Shown piece by piece: positions 17,628 through 28,600 of a stretch of 61,389 nucleotides of DNA (the first letter of the stretch is position 1; each line of letters starts with the position of its first letter). Source of the DNA: a virus. Lineage: Duplodnaviria > Caudoviricetes. Location of the stretch: positions 1-61,389 of the IMG/VR virus record IMGVR_UViG_3300031841_001859, one strand, 5' to 3'. Position numbers and translations under genes: made by a program. The notes under the pieces were generated by a model that did no database searches, had not been told where the DNA came from, and was given only the letters and a program-made list of their open reading frames with translations.

Positions 17628-20059
17628 AAGAGGTAAATATTAACATTTCATCTGTAGGATTCCCTAGTCAGTTTGTATCTGATGCTGAGAAAGCAACCGA
17701 TGAGTTTGGATTACAAATAGGACAAGCTATTCAATATGAATGGTTTCGTAAAGATTCTAACGGATGTAGGTACTACAGTCAATGGAGGGATTTCAATAGA
17801 TTAAGATTATACGCACGTGGCGAACAATCTATAGCAAAGTATAAAAATGAATTAGCTGTAGATGGTGATTTATCTTATTTAAATTTAGATTGGACTCCAG
17901 TTCCTATAATACCTAAGTTTGTCGACATAGTTGTAAATGGAATGTCAGATAGATTATTCAAAGTAAACGCTTTTGCACAAGACGCTTTATCTCAAAAAGA
18001 AAGAAGTGAATTTCAAAAAACTATAGAAGGTGAAATGGCAGCAAAAGATGTTTTGTCTACCGTATTAAATAAAACAGGATTTAATGCTTTCACTATGAAT
18101 CCTGATGATTTACCGCAAAATGATGAAGAGTTATCTCTTTATATGAACCTTAAATACAAACCTGCAATTGAAATTGCTGAAGAAGAAGCTATTAATACAA
18201 TGTTTGAAGAGAATCATTATGTTGATGTACGTAAAAGATTAGATTATGATATAATGGTTACAGGTATGGCTGTAGCAAAGCATGAGTTTTTACCAGGAGC
18301 AGGTGTAGGTATATCTTATGTTGACCCTGCAAACATGGTTTATAGTTACACAGAAGACCCTCATTTTAAAGATTGTTTTTATTGGGGTGAAATCAAAACA
18401 GTTCCTATTGCCGAGCTAATTAAAATTGACCCTACATTAACAAATGATGATTTAGAAAAAATATCTCAGTATAGCCAAAGCTGGTATGATTATTATAACA
18501 CAGCTCAGTTTTATGAGAACGATATATTTTATAGAGATACTGCAACATTAATGTACTTTAATTATAAAACCACAAAGAAGATGGTTTATAAAAAGAAAGT
18601 AAAAGATAATGGTAATATTAGTATGATAGAAAAGGATGATAGTTTTAATCCTCCAGAAGAAATGATGGAAGAAGGTAAGTTTGAAAAAGTAGAAAAAACA
18701 ATTGATGTTTGGTATGATGGTGTAATGGTTATGGGAACAAACATTATATTAAAATGGGAGCTTGCTAAAAACATGGTAAGACCAAAGTCATCATCACAGC
18801 ACGCTATACCAAATTATGTAGCAGTTGCACCGAGAATGTATAAAGGCGTAATTGAATCTCTTGTAAGAAGAATGATTCCTTATGCAGACCTTATACAAAT
18901 GACTCATTTGAAATTACAACAAGTTATTGCTAGAACAGTGCCGGATGGTGTGTATATAGATGCAGATGGATTGAATGAAGTAGATTTGGGTACAGGCGCA
19001 GCATATAACCCGGAAGATGCTTTAAGGTTATATTTTCAAACAGGTTCTGTTATTGGTAGAAGTTATACGCAAGAAGGTGACTTTAATCAAGCTAAAGTTC
19101 CTATACAACAGCTTACAAGCAATTCAGGCGCTTCTAAAGCCTCTATGCTTATAGGTAACCTTAACCACTACTTAGATATGATTCGAGCTGTAACAGGCTT
19201 AAATGAAGCGAGAGACGGTACTATAGCAAATTCAGATGCTTTAGTAGGTGTACAAAAGTTAGCAGCATTAAGTTCTAATACCGCTACTCGTCATATATTA
19301 GACGGAAGCCTTTACATATATAGAACGTTAGCTGAAGCCTTAACTTATAGGGTAGCGGATATTTTAGAATATTCTGATTTCAAAGAGGACTTTATAAATA
19401 AGATAGGCAGATATAATGTAAGTATACTTAATGAAATATCAGATTTATATATATACGACTTTGGTGTATTTATAGAAGTATCTCCTGATGAAGAGCAACA
19501 AGCTATGTTGGAACAAAATATTCAAATGGCTTTATCAAAACAAGACATTAATTTAGAAGATGCTATTGATATACGTGAGATTAAAAATCTTAAGCTTGCT
19601 AATCAATTATTAAAAGTAAAACGTAAAGCTAAACAAGAAGAAGATAAAAAGAAAGACCAACAGAAACAGCAAGCTGTGTTGCAACAACAAATGCAATCAC
19701 AACAAATGGCTGCACAAGTAGCGTTACAAAAAATTGAAGCAGAAGCTCAAGCTAAAATTCAATACAGACAAGCAGATATTGCATTTGAATTAGAAAAATT
19801 AAAAGGTGAGGCTAATTTAAAAGCCCAGCTAATGCAGCAAGAGTTTAACTATAACCTGCAGCTTCAAGGAATGAGTCAATCACAAATAAGTCAACGTGAG
19901 CAGGATAAAGAAAAAGCTAAAGCTAATAGAATTAGTCAACAAAATACACAACAATCAGAGCTTATAACTCAAAGAAAAAATAATTTACCTCCTAAAAAAT
20001 TCGAATCAAACGAAGATACTTTAGATGGGTTTGATTTAGCTGAGTATGAACCTAGATAA
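17624..20059 (+). CDS. Portal protein
   Basis: 811 aa after terL; LDWTPVPIIPKFVDIVVNG; C-terminal Gln-rich coiled coil. Confidence 0.85.
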   Translation: MKEVNINISSVGFPSQFVSDAEKATDEFGLQIGQAIQYEWFRKDSNGCRYYSQWRDFNRLRLYARGEQSIAKYKNELAVDGDLSYLNLDWTPVPIIPKFVDIVVNGMSDRLFKVNAFAQDALSQKERSEFQKTIEGEMAAKDVLSTVLNKTGFNAFTMNPDDLPQNDEELSLYMNLKYKPAIEIAEEEAINTMFEENHYVDVRKRLDYDIMVTGMAVAKHEFLPGAGVGISYVDPANMVYSYTEDPHFKDCFYWGEIKTVPIAELIKIDPTLTNDDLEKISQYSQSWYDYYNTAQFYENDIFYRDTATLMYFNYKTTKKMVYKKKVKDNGNISMIEKDDSFNPPEEMMEEGKFEKVEKTIDVWYDGVMVMGTNIILKWELAKNMVRPKSSSQHAIPNYVAVAPRMYKGVIESLVRRMIPYADLIQMTHLKLQQVIARTVPDGVYIDADGLNEVDLGTGAAYNPEDALRLYFQTGSVIGRSYTQEGDFNQAKVPIQQLTSNSGASKASMLIGNLNHYLDMIRAVTGLNEARDGTIANSDALVGVQKLAALSSNTATRHILDGSLYIYRTLAEALTYRVADILEYSDFKEDFINKIGRYNVSILNEISDLYIYDFGVFIEVSPDEEQQAMLEQNIQMALSKQDINLEDAIDIREIKNLKLANQLLKVKRKAKQEEDKKKDQQKQQAVLQQQMQSQQMAAQVALQKIEAEAQAKIQYRQADIAFELEKLKGEANLKAQLMQQEFNYNLQLQGMSQSQISQREQDKEKAKANRISQQNTQQSELITQRKNNLPPKKFESNEDTLDGFDLAEYEPR

Positions 20060-20106
20060 TGTGTTTAAATTTTGTGTAACTTTGCAAATAAATTAAATTA
20101 AATCTA

Positions 20107-21267
20107 ATGGAAATTAAAGTAAGAGAAGTAACTGACGTAGAAGAAAAATCTAGTCAGCAAATAGAACAAGAGCTTTTAGAAAAGCACGAGCAAAAACTAG
20201 AAGCTGTTGAAAAAAATACTGAAAGTGTCGCACTCGACACAAATCAAGTTGAAGATGTACAAGAAAAAGAAGAAGTACAACAAGAAATAAAGGAAGAGAT
20301 TGAAACTCCTCCTGTTGAAGAGCAACCTCCCGTTGAAAAGGAGTTAGCTGAAGATGAAGTTCTTTCATATATTGGAAAAAGATATGGTAAGGAAATTAAC
20401 TCTATTGATGAGTTAGTTAGCACTCGTGAAGAAAGCGAACCGCTTCCTGAAGATGTAGCTGCTTACCTAAAGTATAAAAAAGAAACTGGACGTGGTTTTA
20501 ATGATTTTGCAAAATTGCAAAAAGATTATTCCGATTTAAGTTCAGATGCTTTGCTAAGAGAGTATTATACAATTACAGAAGAAGGATTAGATTCTGATGA
20601 CATAACATCTTTGTTAGAAGAATTCGATTATAGTGAGGAAACTCATGAACCTTCGGAAATTAAAAAATTAAAATTAGCAAAGAAAAAAGAGATTGCTAAA
20701 GCTAAAAAGTTTCTACGTGAACAGCAAGATTTATACAAACAGCCCCTTGAGTCAAGGGAAAGTTCTGCCGCTGTTGATAATGACGAAATAATTCAGTACA
20801 GGCAATACATGGAAACAGCAAAAGTTACTTATGCTGAGAATGAAAAAAAATCTCAGTGGTTTGAGAAAAAAACAAATGAAGTTTTAAGTCCAGAGTTTAA
20901 AGGTTTTAAATTCAATATTGGTGAAACAGATTATGTATATTCTCCTGGTAGTGTTTCTGACATTAAAAAAGCTCATCAAACTCCTATGAACTTATTAAAT
21001 AAGTTTATGGATACTGAAGGCTATATTAAAGATGCAGAAGGATACCATAAAGCTTTAGCTGTTGCAATGAATCCTGAAGGGTTTGCAAAGTTTTTTTACG
21101 AACAAGGTAAATCACAAGCAACAGATGATGTAATGCGTAAGACTAAAAATATTGAAATGTCAGAACGTCAAGCACCTCAAGTTGCAACTAAATCAGGATT
21201 TCAAGTTAAGTCAGTTTCTCAGCCATCAAGCCGAGGACTGCGAATTAAGAGTATTAAAAAAAGTTAA
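20107..21267 (+). CDS. Putative capsid scaffolding protein
   Basis: Acidic, helical; between portal and capsid genes. Confidence 0.65.
   Translation: MEIKVREVTDVEEKSSQQIEQELLEKHEQKLEAVEKNTESVALDTNQVEDVQEKEEVQQEIKEEIETPPVEEQPPVEKELAEDEVLSYIGKRYGKEINSIDELVSTREESEPLPEDVAAYLKYKKETGRGFNDFAKLQKDYSDLSSDALLREYYTITEEGLDSDDITSLLEEFDYSEETHEPSEIKKLKLAKKKEIAKAKKFLREQQDLYKQPLESRESSAAVDNDEIIQYRQYMETAKVTYAENEKKSQWFEKKTNEVLSPEFKGFKFNIGETDYVYSPGSVSDIKKAHQTPMNLLNKFMDTEGYIKDAEGYHKALAVAMNPEGFAKFFYEQGKSQATDDVMRKTKNIEMSERQAPQVATKSGFQVKSVSQPSSRGLRIKSIKKS
20225..20240. repeat. Palindrome GTGTCG-N4-CGACAC, copy 1
   Basis: GTGTCG-CACT-CGACAC, inside the scaffold gene. Confidence 0.85.
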
Positions 21268-21289
21268 ATAATAATAAAAATATAAAATT

Positions 21290-22747
21290 ATGGCAGGACA
21301 AGTTGCAGCGTCACCCACATTTGCGTTGACGCCGAGTTCAGAAAGAACTCCAACAGCACAAAACTATATTGTAAATTTTGATTTCTTAAATCAGTATCTA
21401 CCAGATACGTATGAAAAAGAATTCGAAAGATATGGTAATAGAACGATTTCTTCATTCCTTAGAATGGTAGGAGCGGAAATGCCTACAAACTCAGACCTTA
21501 TTAAATGGGCAGAGCAAGGTAGGTTACACACAAAATATACACAAGTTGGTACAGGAGCAATATTAAATGCTGACCAAGCAGAATTTCAAGTAAATGATGT
21601 ATTAGACCCAACAACTGCTGAGCAAGTAATCAGAGTTGGACAAACTATTGTGGTTGTTCAAAATGATGGTTCAGGTATGAACAAAGCGGTTGTAAGTGCA
21701 GTAAACAATGCCGGTGGTGGTAGAGGACGCTTCACAGCTGACTTTTACGAAGCAGGTGGTTTGGTAACTGCAGGTACTGGAGTTGGTAACTCTGACGTTA
21801 CAGTATTCATTTACGGTTCTGAATTTAAAAAAGGAACAGCAGGCATGGTAGGTTCGTTAGAAGCAAATGACTTTATTTTCGATAACAAACCAATCATTAT
21901 TAAAGATACATATACAGTAAATGGTTCTGATATGGCACAAATTGGATGGGTAGAAGTTACTACTGAAGATGGAGCTACAGGATATTTATGGTACTTAAAA
22001 TCTGAGCACGAAACAAGATTAAGATTCGATGACTATTTAGAAACAGCAATGATTGAAGCTGTGCCAGCAGAGCAAAACTCTGGTGCTGCCGCTATCTTAG
22101 GTAGCGCAGGTGGTGCTGCTAACCCAGGCGCTGGTTCTGATGGTATTTTCTATGCAGTAGAAAACAGAGGAAACATTTGGAGTGGTGGTAACCCTACTAC
22201 TTTAGCTGACTTTGATTCTATTATTAGTAGATTAGATAAGCAAGGTGCTATTGAAGAAAACGTATTATTCGTTGACAGACAATTCGCATTTGACATTGAC
22301 GATATGTTAGCTGCTCAGAACTCTTACGGTGCTGGTGGTACTTCATACGGTCTATTTGACAATGACGAAGAAATGGCATTAAACTTAGGATTCTCTGGAT
22401 TCAGAAGAGGTTACGACTTCTACAAAACAGATTGGAAATACCTAAACGACCCTACTATGAGAGGTGGTTTACCAACAAATACTGGTTCTGGTAAAATCAA
22501 TGGTTTATTAGTACCAGCTGGTTCAACTAGCGTATACGACCAAATTCTTGGTAAGAACGCTAAGAGACCTTTCTTGCACGTAAGATATAGAGCTTCAGAA
22601 ACTGAAGACAGAAGATATAAGACTTGGATTACTGGTTCTGCTGGTGGTGCTGCTACATCTGATATCGATAATATGCAAGTTAACTTCTTAAGTGAAAGAG
22701 CTGTATGTACTCTAGGTGCAAACAACTTCTTCTTATTTAAGCAGTAG
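21290..22747 (+). CDS. Major capsid protein
   Basis: 485 aa after the scaffold; QYLPDTYEKEFERYGNR, WAEQGRLH, GFRRGYDFYK; followed by a strong terminator. Confidence 0.85.
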   Translation: MAGQVAASPTFALTPSSERTPTAQNYIVNFDFLNQYLPDTYEKEFERYGNRTISSFLRMVGAEMPTNSDLIKWAEQGRLHTKYTQVGTGAILNADQAEFQVNDVLDPTTAEQVIRVGQTIVVVQNDGSGMNKAVVSAVNNAGGGRGRFTADFYEAGGLVTAGTGVGNSDVTVFIYGSEFKKGTAGMVGSLEANDFIFDNKPIIIKDTYTVNGSDMAQIGWVEVTTEDGATGYLWYLKSEHETRLRFDDYLETAMIEAVPAEQNSGAAAILGSAGGAANPGAGSDGIFYAVENRGNIWSGGNPTTLADFDSIISRLDKQGAIEENVLFVDRQFAFDIDDMLAAQNSYGAGGTSYGLFDNDEEMALNLGFSGFRRGYDFYKTDWKYLNDPTMRGGLPTNTGSGKINGLLVPAGSTSVYDQILGKNAKRPFLHVRYRASETEDRRYKTWITGSAGGAATSDIDNMQVNFLSERAVCTLGANNFFLFKQ

Positions 22748-22758
22748 TAATTAATTCA

Positions 22759-22786
22759 AAGGGGTACAGTAATGTGCCCCTTTTTT
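22759..22786 (+). terminator. Rho-independent terminator
   Basis: GGGGTAC-agtaat-GTGCCCC followed by T6. Confidence 0.8.
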
Positions 22787-22815
22787 AAATTTTAAATTAA
22801 ATTAAATTAAATCAA

Positions 22816-23622
22816 ATGAATAAAGAAAAGACAACCACAGAAAAGTCGGGTGGTTTAAAAGTAAAACCCGCAAAAACATCCCCAAAGTTTGTTGACAAAA
22901 CTTATAAGCTTACCAGAGAGGTAGCTCCTTTATCTTTAATATTAGCATCAAGACACACTAATCGTGTGCCCTTATTATATTTTGATGAAGAGACAGGTGT
23001 AAATAGACCACTGAGATATGCAAGAAATCAAAACTCACCTTTTCAAGATGAGCAAGATGATAATGCAATATTAGAACCTATAGTGTTTGAAGATGGATTT
23101 TTATATGTTCCAAAAAACAATCAAGTATTACAAAAATTTTTATCATACCATCCAGCTAATGGAAGTATTTTTGTTGAAATAAACAAAAAGAAAGAAGCTC
23201 AAGATGTTGTTGATAGTCTTAACGCAGAAGTTGATGCTTTAATTGAAGCAAGACAACTTGATGTAGAGCAAGTAGAAACTATTGGTAGGGTATTATTTCA
23301 GCAAGATGTGACAAGAATGTCTACTTCAGAACTTAGAAGAGATATATTAATATTTGCTAAGCAAGACCCTAATGGGTTTTTAATGATGTTAAAAGACCCT
23401 ATGCTTAAGTTAAACGCTACCATACAAAATATGTTAGATAAAAACTTATTGCAGTTAAGAAATAAACAAAAAGAAGTCTGGTATAATACACCGTCTAATA
23501 AAAAGAAAATGTGTAACATACCTTATGGAGAAGACCCACTATATATTATAGCTTCATTTTTCCAAAGCGACGATGGACTTGATATGTACAAGCACCTAAA
23601 AACGTTAGTTAAAAATTCGTAA
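22816..23622 (+). CDS. Hypothetical protein after the capsid gene
   Basis: 268 aa ORF with the (TTAAA)n leader motif. Confidence 0.75.
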   Translation: MNKEKTTTEKSGGLKVKPAKTSPKFVDKTYKLTREVAPLSLILASRHTNRVPLLYFDEETGVNRPLRYARNQNSPFQDEQDDNAILEPIVFEDGFLYVPKNNQVLQKFLSYHPANGSIFVEINKKKEAQDVVDSLNAEVDALIEARQLDVEQVETIGRVLFQQDVTRMSTSELRRDILIFAKQDPNGFLMMLKDPMLKLNATIQNMLDKNLLQLRNKQKEVWYNTPSNKKKMCNIPYGEDPLYIIASFFQSDDGLDMYKHLKTLVKNS

Positions 23623-23656
23623 CTTTGTTTTTTGTTTAACCCATAAATTTTTTAAC

Positions 23657-23941
23657 ATGGCAAAATATATAACATTAGATACAGCAAGTGACGGTAATGT
23701 ACACATTAACACAGATTCAATTCTTTATGCAGAGACTGTAAGCTCTACTGCGGGAGATATATTTCTTACAAATGGAACACACAAATTAACGGTTACTGGA
23801 ACTGGACTGACATCAGGTTTTGCTGGGAACGTAAACACTGCACTGGTTACAGCAGCAGAAACTTCTTGGACAAACGCAACAGTACCAGTATCGAAAGATG
23901 GTGGACTAGTATTTACTAGTATCGCTATAGGAACAGTTTAA
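23657..23941 (+). CDS. Small Thr-rich structural protein
   Basis: Own -7 element (23620) and terminator. Confidence 0.65.
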   Translation: MAKYITLDTASDGNVHINTDSILYAETVSSTAGDIFLTNGTHKLTVTGTGLTSGFAGNVNTALVTAAETSWTNATVPVSKDGGLVFTSIAIGTV

Positions 23942-23964
23942 TCCTTCCTTTACTATCGACAGAG

Positions 23965-23991
23965 AAAGCACCCAAATCAGGGTGCTTTTTT
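23965..23991 (+). terminator. Rho-independent terminator
   Basis: AAAGCACCC-aaatca-GGGTGCTTTTTT. Confidence 0.8.
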
Positions 23992-24023
23992 ATTTTGTGT
24001 ATCTTTGTATTAAACTTTTTTAA

Positions 24024-24758
24024 ATGATAAATTCAGTTAGAAATACTGTGTTAGCAATAGTAAATAAAAATAACTATGGATATATTTCTCCAGGTGATTT
24101 TAACTTATTTGCTAAACAAGCTCAGTTAGATTTATTTGACGAATATTTTTTTAATTACAATGAACAAGTTAATGAAGAAAATGCTAGGCTATCCGGTACT
24201 GGTTATGCTAATATAAAGTTAGGTTATGAAGAGGTAATAGATTATTTCTCAGTAACAGAATTTTTAACACAAAAAACATTAGGTACAAGTGTTTATTATT
24301 TACCTTCAACCACGACAACCGGTTCAGATTATTATTTATTAAATAAAGTATTATGTTACTCAGGGGGTAACTTATTAGGTGAAGCAGAAAAAGTTACACA
24401 TTCTAAAATTACACAATTAAATAGTTCACTATTAACTGCTCCTAATACAACTTTCCCTGCTTATACTCAAGCTGGAGACTCTATTACAGTGTTTCCAACT
24501 ACAATAAATGCTGGTTCAGATGTACAAGCACAATATATTAGATATCCAAAAGACCCTAAATGGACTTATGTTACTTTATATAATGGAGAGCCTTTATTTG
24601 ACCAAACAGCAAGCGACTATCAGGATTTTGAATTACCAATTGATGATGCAAATGATTTGGTAGCTAAAATATTACAGTATGCAGGAATATCAATAAGAGA
24701 AAAAGATGTTTTTGAATTTGGAAAAATTGATGAACAGCAACAAGATAATCAAAAATAA
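24024..24758 (+). CDS. Head-tail connector/tail ring protein
   Basis: NKNNYGYISP.DFNLFAKQAQL...YIRYPKDPKW...ILQYAGISIRE; position. Confidence 0.65.
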   Translation: MINSVRNTVLAIVNKNNYGYISPGDFNLFAKQAQLDLFDEYFFNYNEQVNEENARLSGTGYANIKLGYEEVIDYFSVTEFLTQKTLGTSVYYLPSTTTTGSDYYLLNKVLCYSGGNLLGEAEKVTHSKITQLNSSLLTAPNTTFPAYTQAGDSITVFPTTINAGSDVQAQYIRYPKDPKWTYVTLYNGEPLFDQTASDYQDFELPIDDANDLVAKILQYAGISIREKDVFEFGKIDEQQQDNQK

Positions 24759-24760
24759 CT

Positions 24761-25681
24761 ATGGCATATATAAATCAAAAACAATATTATACAAATAACG
24801 GTGTAAATCCGACAAACAATAATTGGGGTTCATATCAATACACTTCTTTGACAGATATAGTAAATAATTTTTTATTGATGTATCAAGGAAACCATGAGAT
24901 GATTAACAATGTCAATCGTTTTAAAATATTATTTCACGCTAAAAGGGGTATACAAGAGTTAAATTACGATGCTTTAAATGAAATAAAAGCATTAGAATTA
25001 ACAGTATATGATGACTTAAAGTTTGTTTTACCATCTGATTATGTCAATTGGGTAAAGCTATCTTTGTTCAAAGACAATGTAATTCGTGATTTAGTTGAAA
25101 ATATTCAAGTTCAATCTGCTACACAATATGTTCAGAGCGGAAGCTCTACTTTCACTTACGATGGAAGTAACAATGTGAACACTCAAACTTCTTCACTGGA
25201 CACATCAAGAACTGATGGTTCACTTAAAAGTATATATCTAAATGATGTAAGAGAAGAAGCAGTAAACCCTGGTTGTAATAATTGCGAAGATGATATTTAT
25301 GAATCAAGAATAGGAGCTCGTTATGGTTTAAACACTGAAACAGCTAACTTTAATCCTACTTTTACTATAGACAAAGCTAATGGAGTGATTAATTTTGATT
25401 CAACTATGGCTAATCAACAATGTATACTACAATATATTTCGGATGGTATGGAAAGTGGTAATGATGCAAATATTAAAGTAAATAAATTATTTGAAGATTA
25501 TCTATACGCATACATAAAATATTCATTATTAAATAATAAATTTGGAGTACAAGAATATATAGTGAATAGAGCAAGAAAAGATAAACAAGCTTTACTTAGA
25601 AACGCTAAGATTAGATTGAATAACATTCACCCAAGTAGATTGCTTATGAATTTAAGAGGGGAGAATAAGTGGATAAAATAA
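24761..25681 (+). CDS. Tail ring/tubular protein
   Basis: FHAKRGIQELNYD, LPSDYVNWVK, LQYISDG, LRNAKIRL; position. Confidence 0.65.
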   Translation: MAYINQKQYYTNNGVNPTNNNWGSYQYTSLTDIVNNFLLMYQGNHEMINNVNRFKILFHAKRGIQELNYDALNEIKALELTVYDDLKFVLPSDYVNWVKLSLFKDNVIRDLVENIQVQSATQYVQSGSSTFTYDGSNNVNTQTSSLDTSRTDGSLKSIYLNDVREEAVNPGCNNCEDDIYESRIGARYGLNTETANFNPTFTIDKANGVINFDSTMANQQCILQYISDGMESGNDANIKVNKLFEDYLYAYIKYSLLNNKFGVQEYIVNRARKDKQALLRNAKIRLNNIHPSRLLMNLRGENKWIK

Positions 25682-25682
25682 A

Positions 25683-28600
25683 ATGGCAAATCTTCAAAGA
25701 AATTTTATAGCGGGCCGTATGAATAAAAGCCTTGAAGAAAGGCTTTTACCAAATGGTGAATATACAAATGCTATTAACGTAAGACTAGGTTCAACTGAGC
25801 AATCAGAAATAGGTTCAGTAGAAAACTCTAAAGGAAATACGAAACTTACAGAATTAGCTTACACCAACGGGACTAAGCTTAGCAACTCCGCAAGATGTAT
25901 TGGTTCTTTTGAAGATAGTGCTAATGAAACAATTTATTGGTTTGTACACGACCCTGCTTTTACACAAGGTGTAACAGGAAAACTTGATTTAATAGTATCT
26001 TATAATGTAAGGACCGGAGGGATAACATATCACATTATTAGTATTGATAATGGTGGTGGTGTAAATACAACACTTAATTTTAATCCATCTTTTTTAATAA
26101 CTGGAGTTGATAAGATAGATAATCTTTTGTTTTTTACAGATAATGTAAACCCACCTAGAGTAATAAACATAGATAGAAACTATCAAAATCCAACAGCTAA
26201 CACTTCAGGAAACCAACAGGACCAATTTGATAGAAGAGAGATATTAGTAGTAAAACAACCTCCTTTACAAGCGCCAACATTTCAATTAATACAAGCTAAT
26301 AACGAGGATTCATATATGACCGACAACTTTATTTGTTTTGGTTATAGATACAAATATGCTAACGCTGAATATTCGGCAACCTCACAATTTAGTGAACCAG
26401 CTTTTGCGCCTAAAGCTTTTAATTTTAGTGCTCAAAGTTTTGCTAATGAGGGAATGGAAAACAAGTATAATGCCGCTATAGTAACTTACAACTCAGGAAG
26501 TGAATTAGTAAAAGGAATTGATATTTTATATAAAGAGGCTAATGATTCAACCATTAAGGTTATTGAAAGAATAAGTAAAGCAGAAGAAGGATTATCAGAC
26601 AACACTTTTTACACATTTACGTTTACTGAAAGTAAAATCTTTTCTGTTTTACCTGAAAGTGAAATATTAAGATTATATGATAATGTACCAACGTTAGCAA
26701 AAGCACAAACACTTATGGCTAATAGATTGGTTTATGGAAACTATGTTGAAGGGTTTGATTTGAAAGATACTTTCAATCAACCATTAACACTTAGTTATAC
26801 TACATCATTAAGTCAATCTCAAATTGGTGAAGAAACATTACCTGTTACAACAGCTCAATCAAGCTTTACAGCATTTGGTTTTTCAACCACTATAAATGAT
26901 AGTGCTTTTAGAATTAATTTTTCAGGATTTGAAAGCTCTTTAGTAATAGGAGCAACAATAGATTTTTCATTTACATTTGAACATGACTCGTGGAGCGGTT
27001 CGAGTTTGCCTGACCAAACAACAGGACCAACTACTGTACATTTTAGCTATACACTAATACAAGATTTTACAAGCAGTGCTACTCCAATTAATGATTTAAT
27101 AGCAACCGCAGATTTCCAAGCAAAATTTGGAACACTAACAACAGGTATACAAACTGTAGCAAACGCACAAGCAGGCTCAGGAACTACATTAACAGATAAT
27201 TTTAATTTTCTTTTACAAGGACAATTAGGAACAGTTGCTCCACAATACGATATAAACCAAACAGGAAGAACTAATTCAACACCTGCTTTACCGTCAGCCG
27301 GAGAAGGAATAGCAGCAAGTGTAATATTGCCAGCAACCTTACAATTACAAATATTAGCAGCTCAATATGAAGAAACAGGAGTAGGAACAAATACAATTGT
27401 TGAGTATTTTAAAATTACTAATGCTACAGCATCAATATCTGAAGTGCCAAATTCAGGAAGTTTACATAGTAACAGAGGATATGAGGTTGGTATAATTTAT
27501 ATGGATAGTTTTAACAGAGCTTCTACTGCACTTGTATCAACAAACAATACAGTAAACATACCTTGTTCAGCATCTACTACAAAAAATGAAATTCTTGTAA
27601 GTATACCTGTTACACAAAGAGCTCCTAGTTTTGCAACAAGATATAAGTTTTGTATAAAGGCAGACAGAGACACTTATGATACCATTTACTCAAGTATATT
27701 TTTAGAAGATGATAATACTAATAATGTATACTTTTTACTGGAAGGAGACAATATAGGGAAAGTAAAAGATGGTGATAGGTTAATAGTTAAAAGAGATGTT
27801 AGTGGACCTTTATCTACTTGTACAGAAGCTACGGTGCTTGAAGTTAAAACACAAAACAAAGATTTCATAACAGTTACCTTAAATGGAAATGCAGTTCAAG
27901 TACCTGAAGGAGTTTATATGAAAATGAATAGTATTTCTTTTGAAGCTAAAATGGATGAAGATGATATTGTAGATGAAAAAGTACCAGCAATAAAAGCTAA
28001 AGCGGCTGGTAATTATCCGGTTATTGCTTATCCTTTTTTCTTAAGAGATGCTAGTGGAGCATTTACTTCTAATTATACTTTACCGATTGGAACAAGGGTG
28101 GTTATGCAGATAGAACAAACTAGAGTTGGAACAGGAAATCAATGTGAGCCAAGAAGCAGTATTTTAGAGCAAACTATAATTTGTAGTGATACTTACGCCA
28201 ACATACAAGAGTTTTTTAATAATGAAAACCTTCAAACTATTATTGAACAAAATGCTGTAGTATCTCCAGCTGATATTAATAATGTATATATATCAACAGC
28301 TTCTCAATCAAGCGGACTTCCATCAGGAGCAAATTCAGGTTCAAATGGAAGAAGCTCTATAACAAATATATTTGGTTCAACAGCAACCAGTCCTACATCA
28401 ACAAATTATTACAGACTACACGAAGATACCAGTACATCTCCTAATAGTTATTACCTACTTGTGTCAGGTACGGAAGGGTGTGCGTCCAGAAGCTCAAGAG
28501 GAGATTCACAGGTAAGAGTAGATTTTACTATCTACAGAAGAGATTCAGTAGTGGTATTTGAGACAGAACCAAAACCTGCTCTACCAGATTTATGGTATGA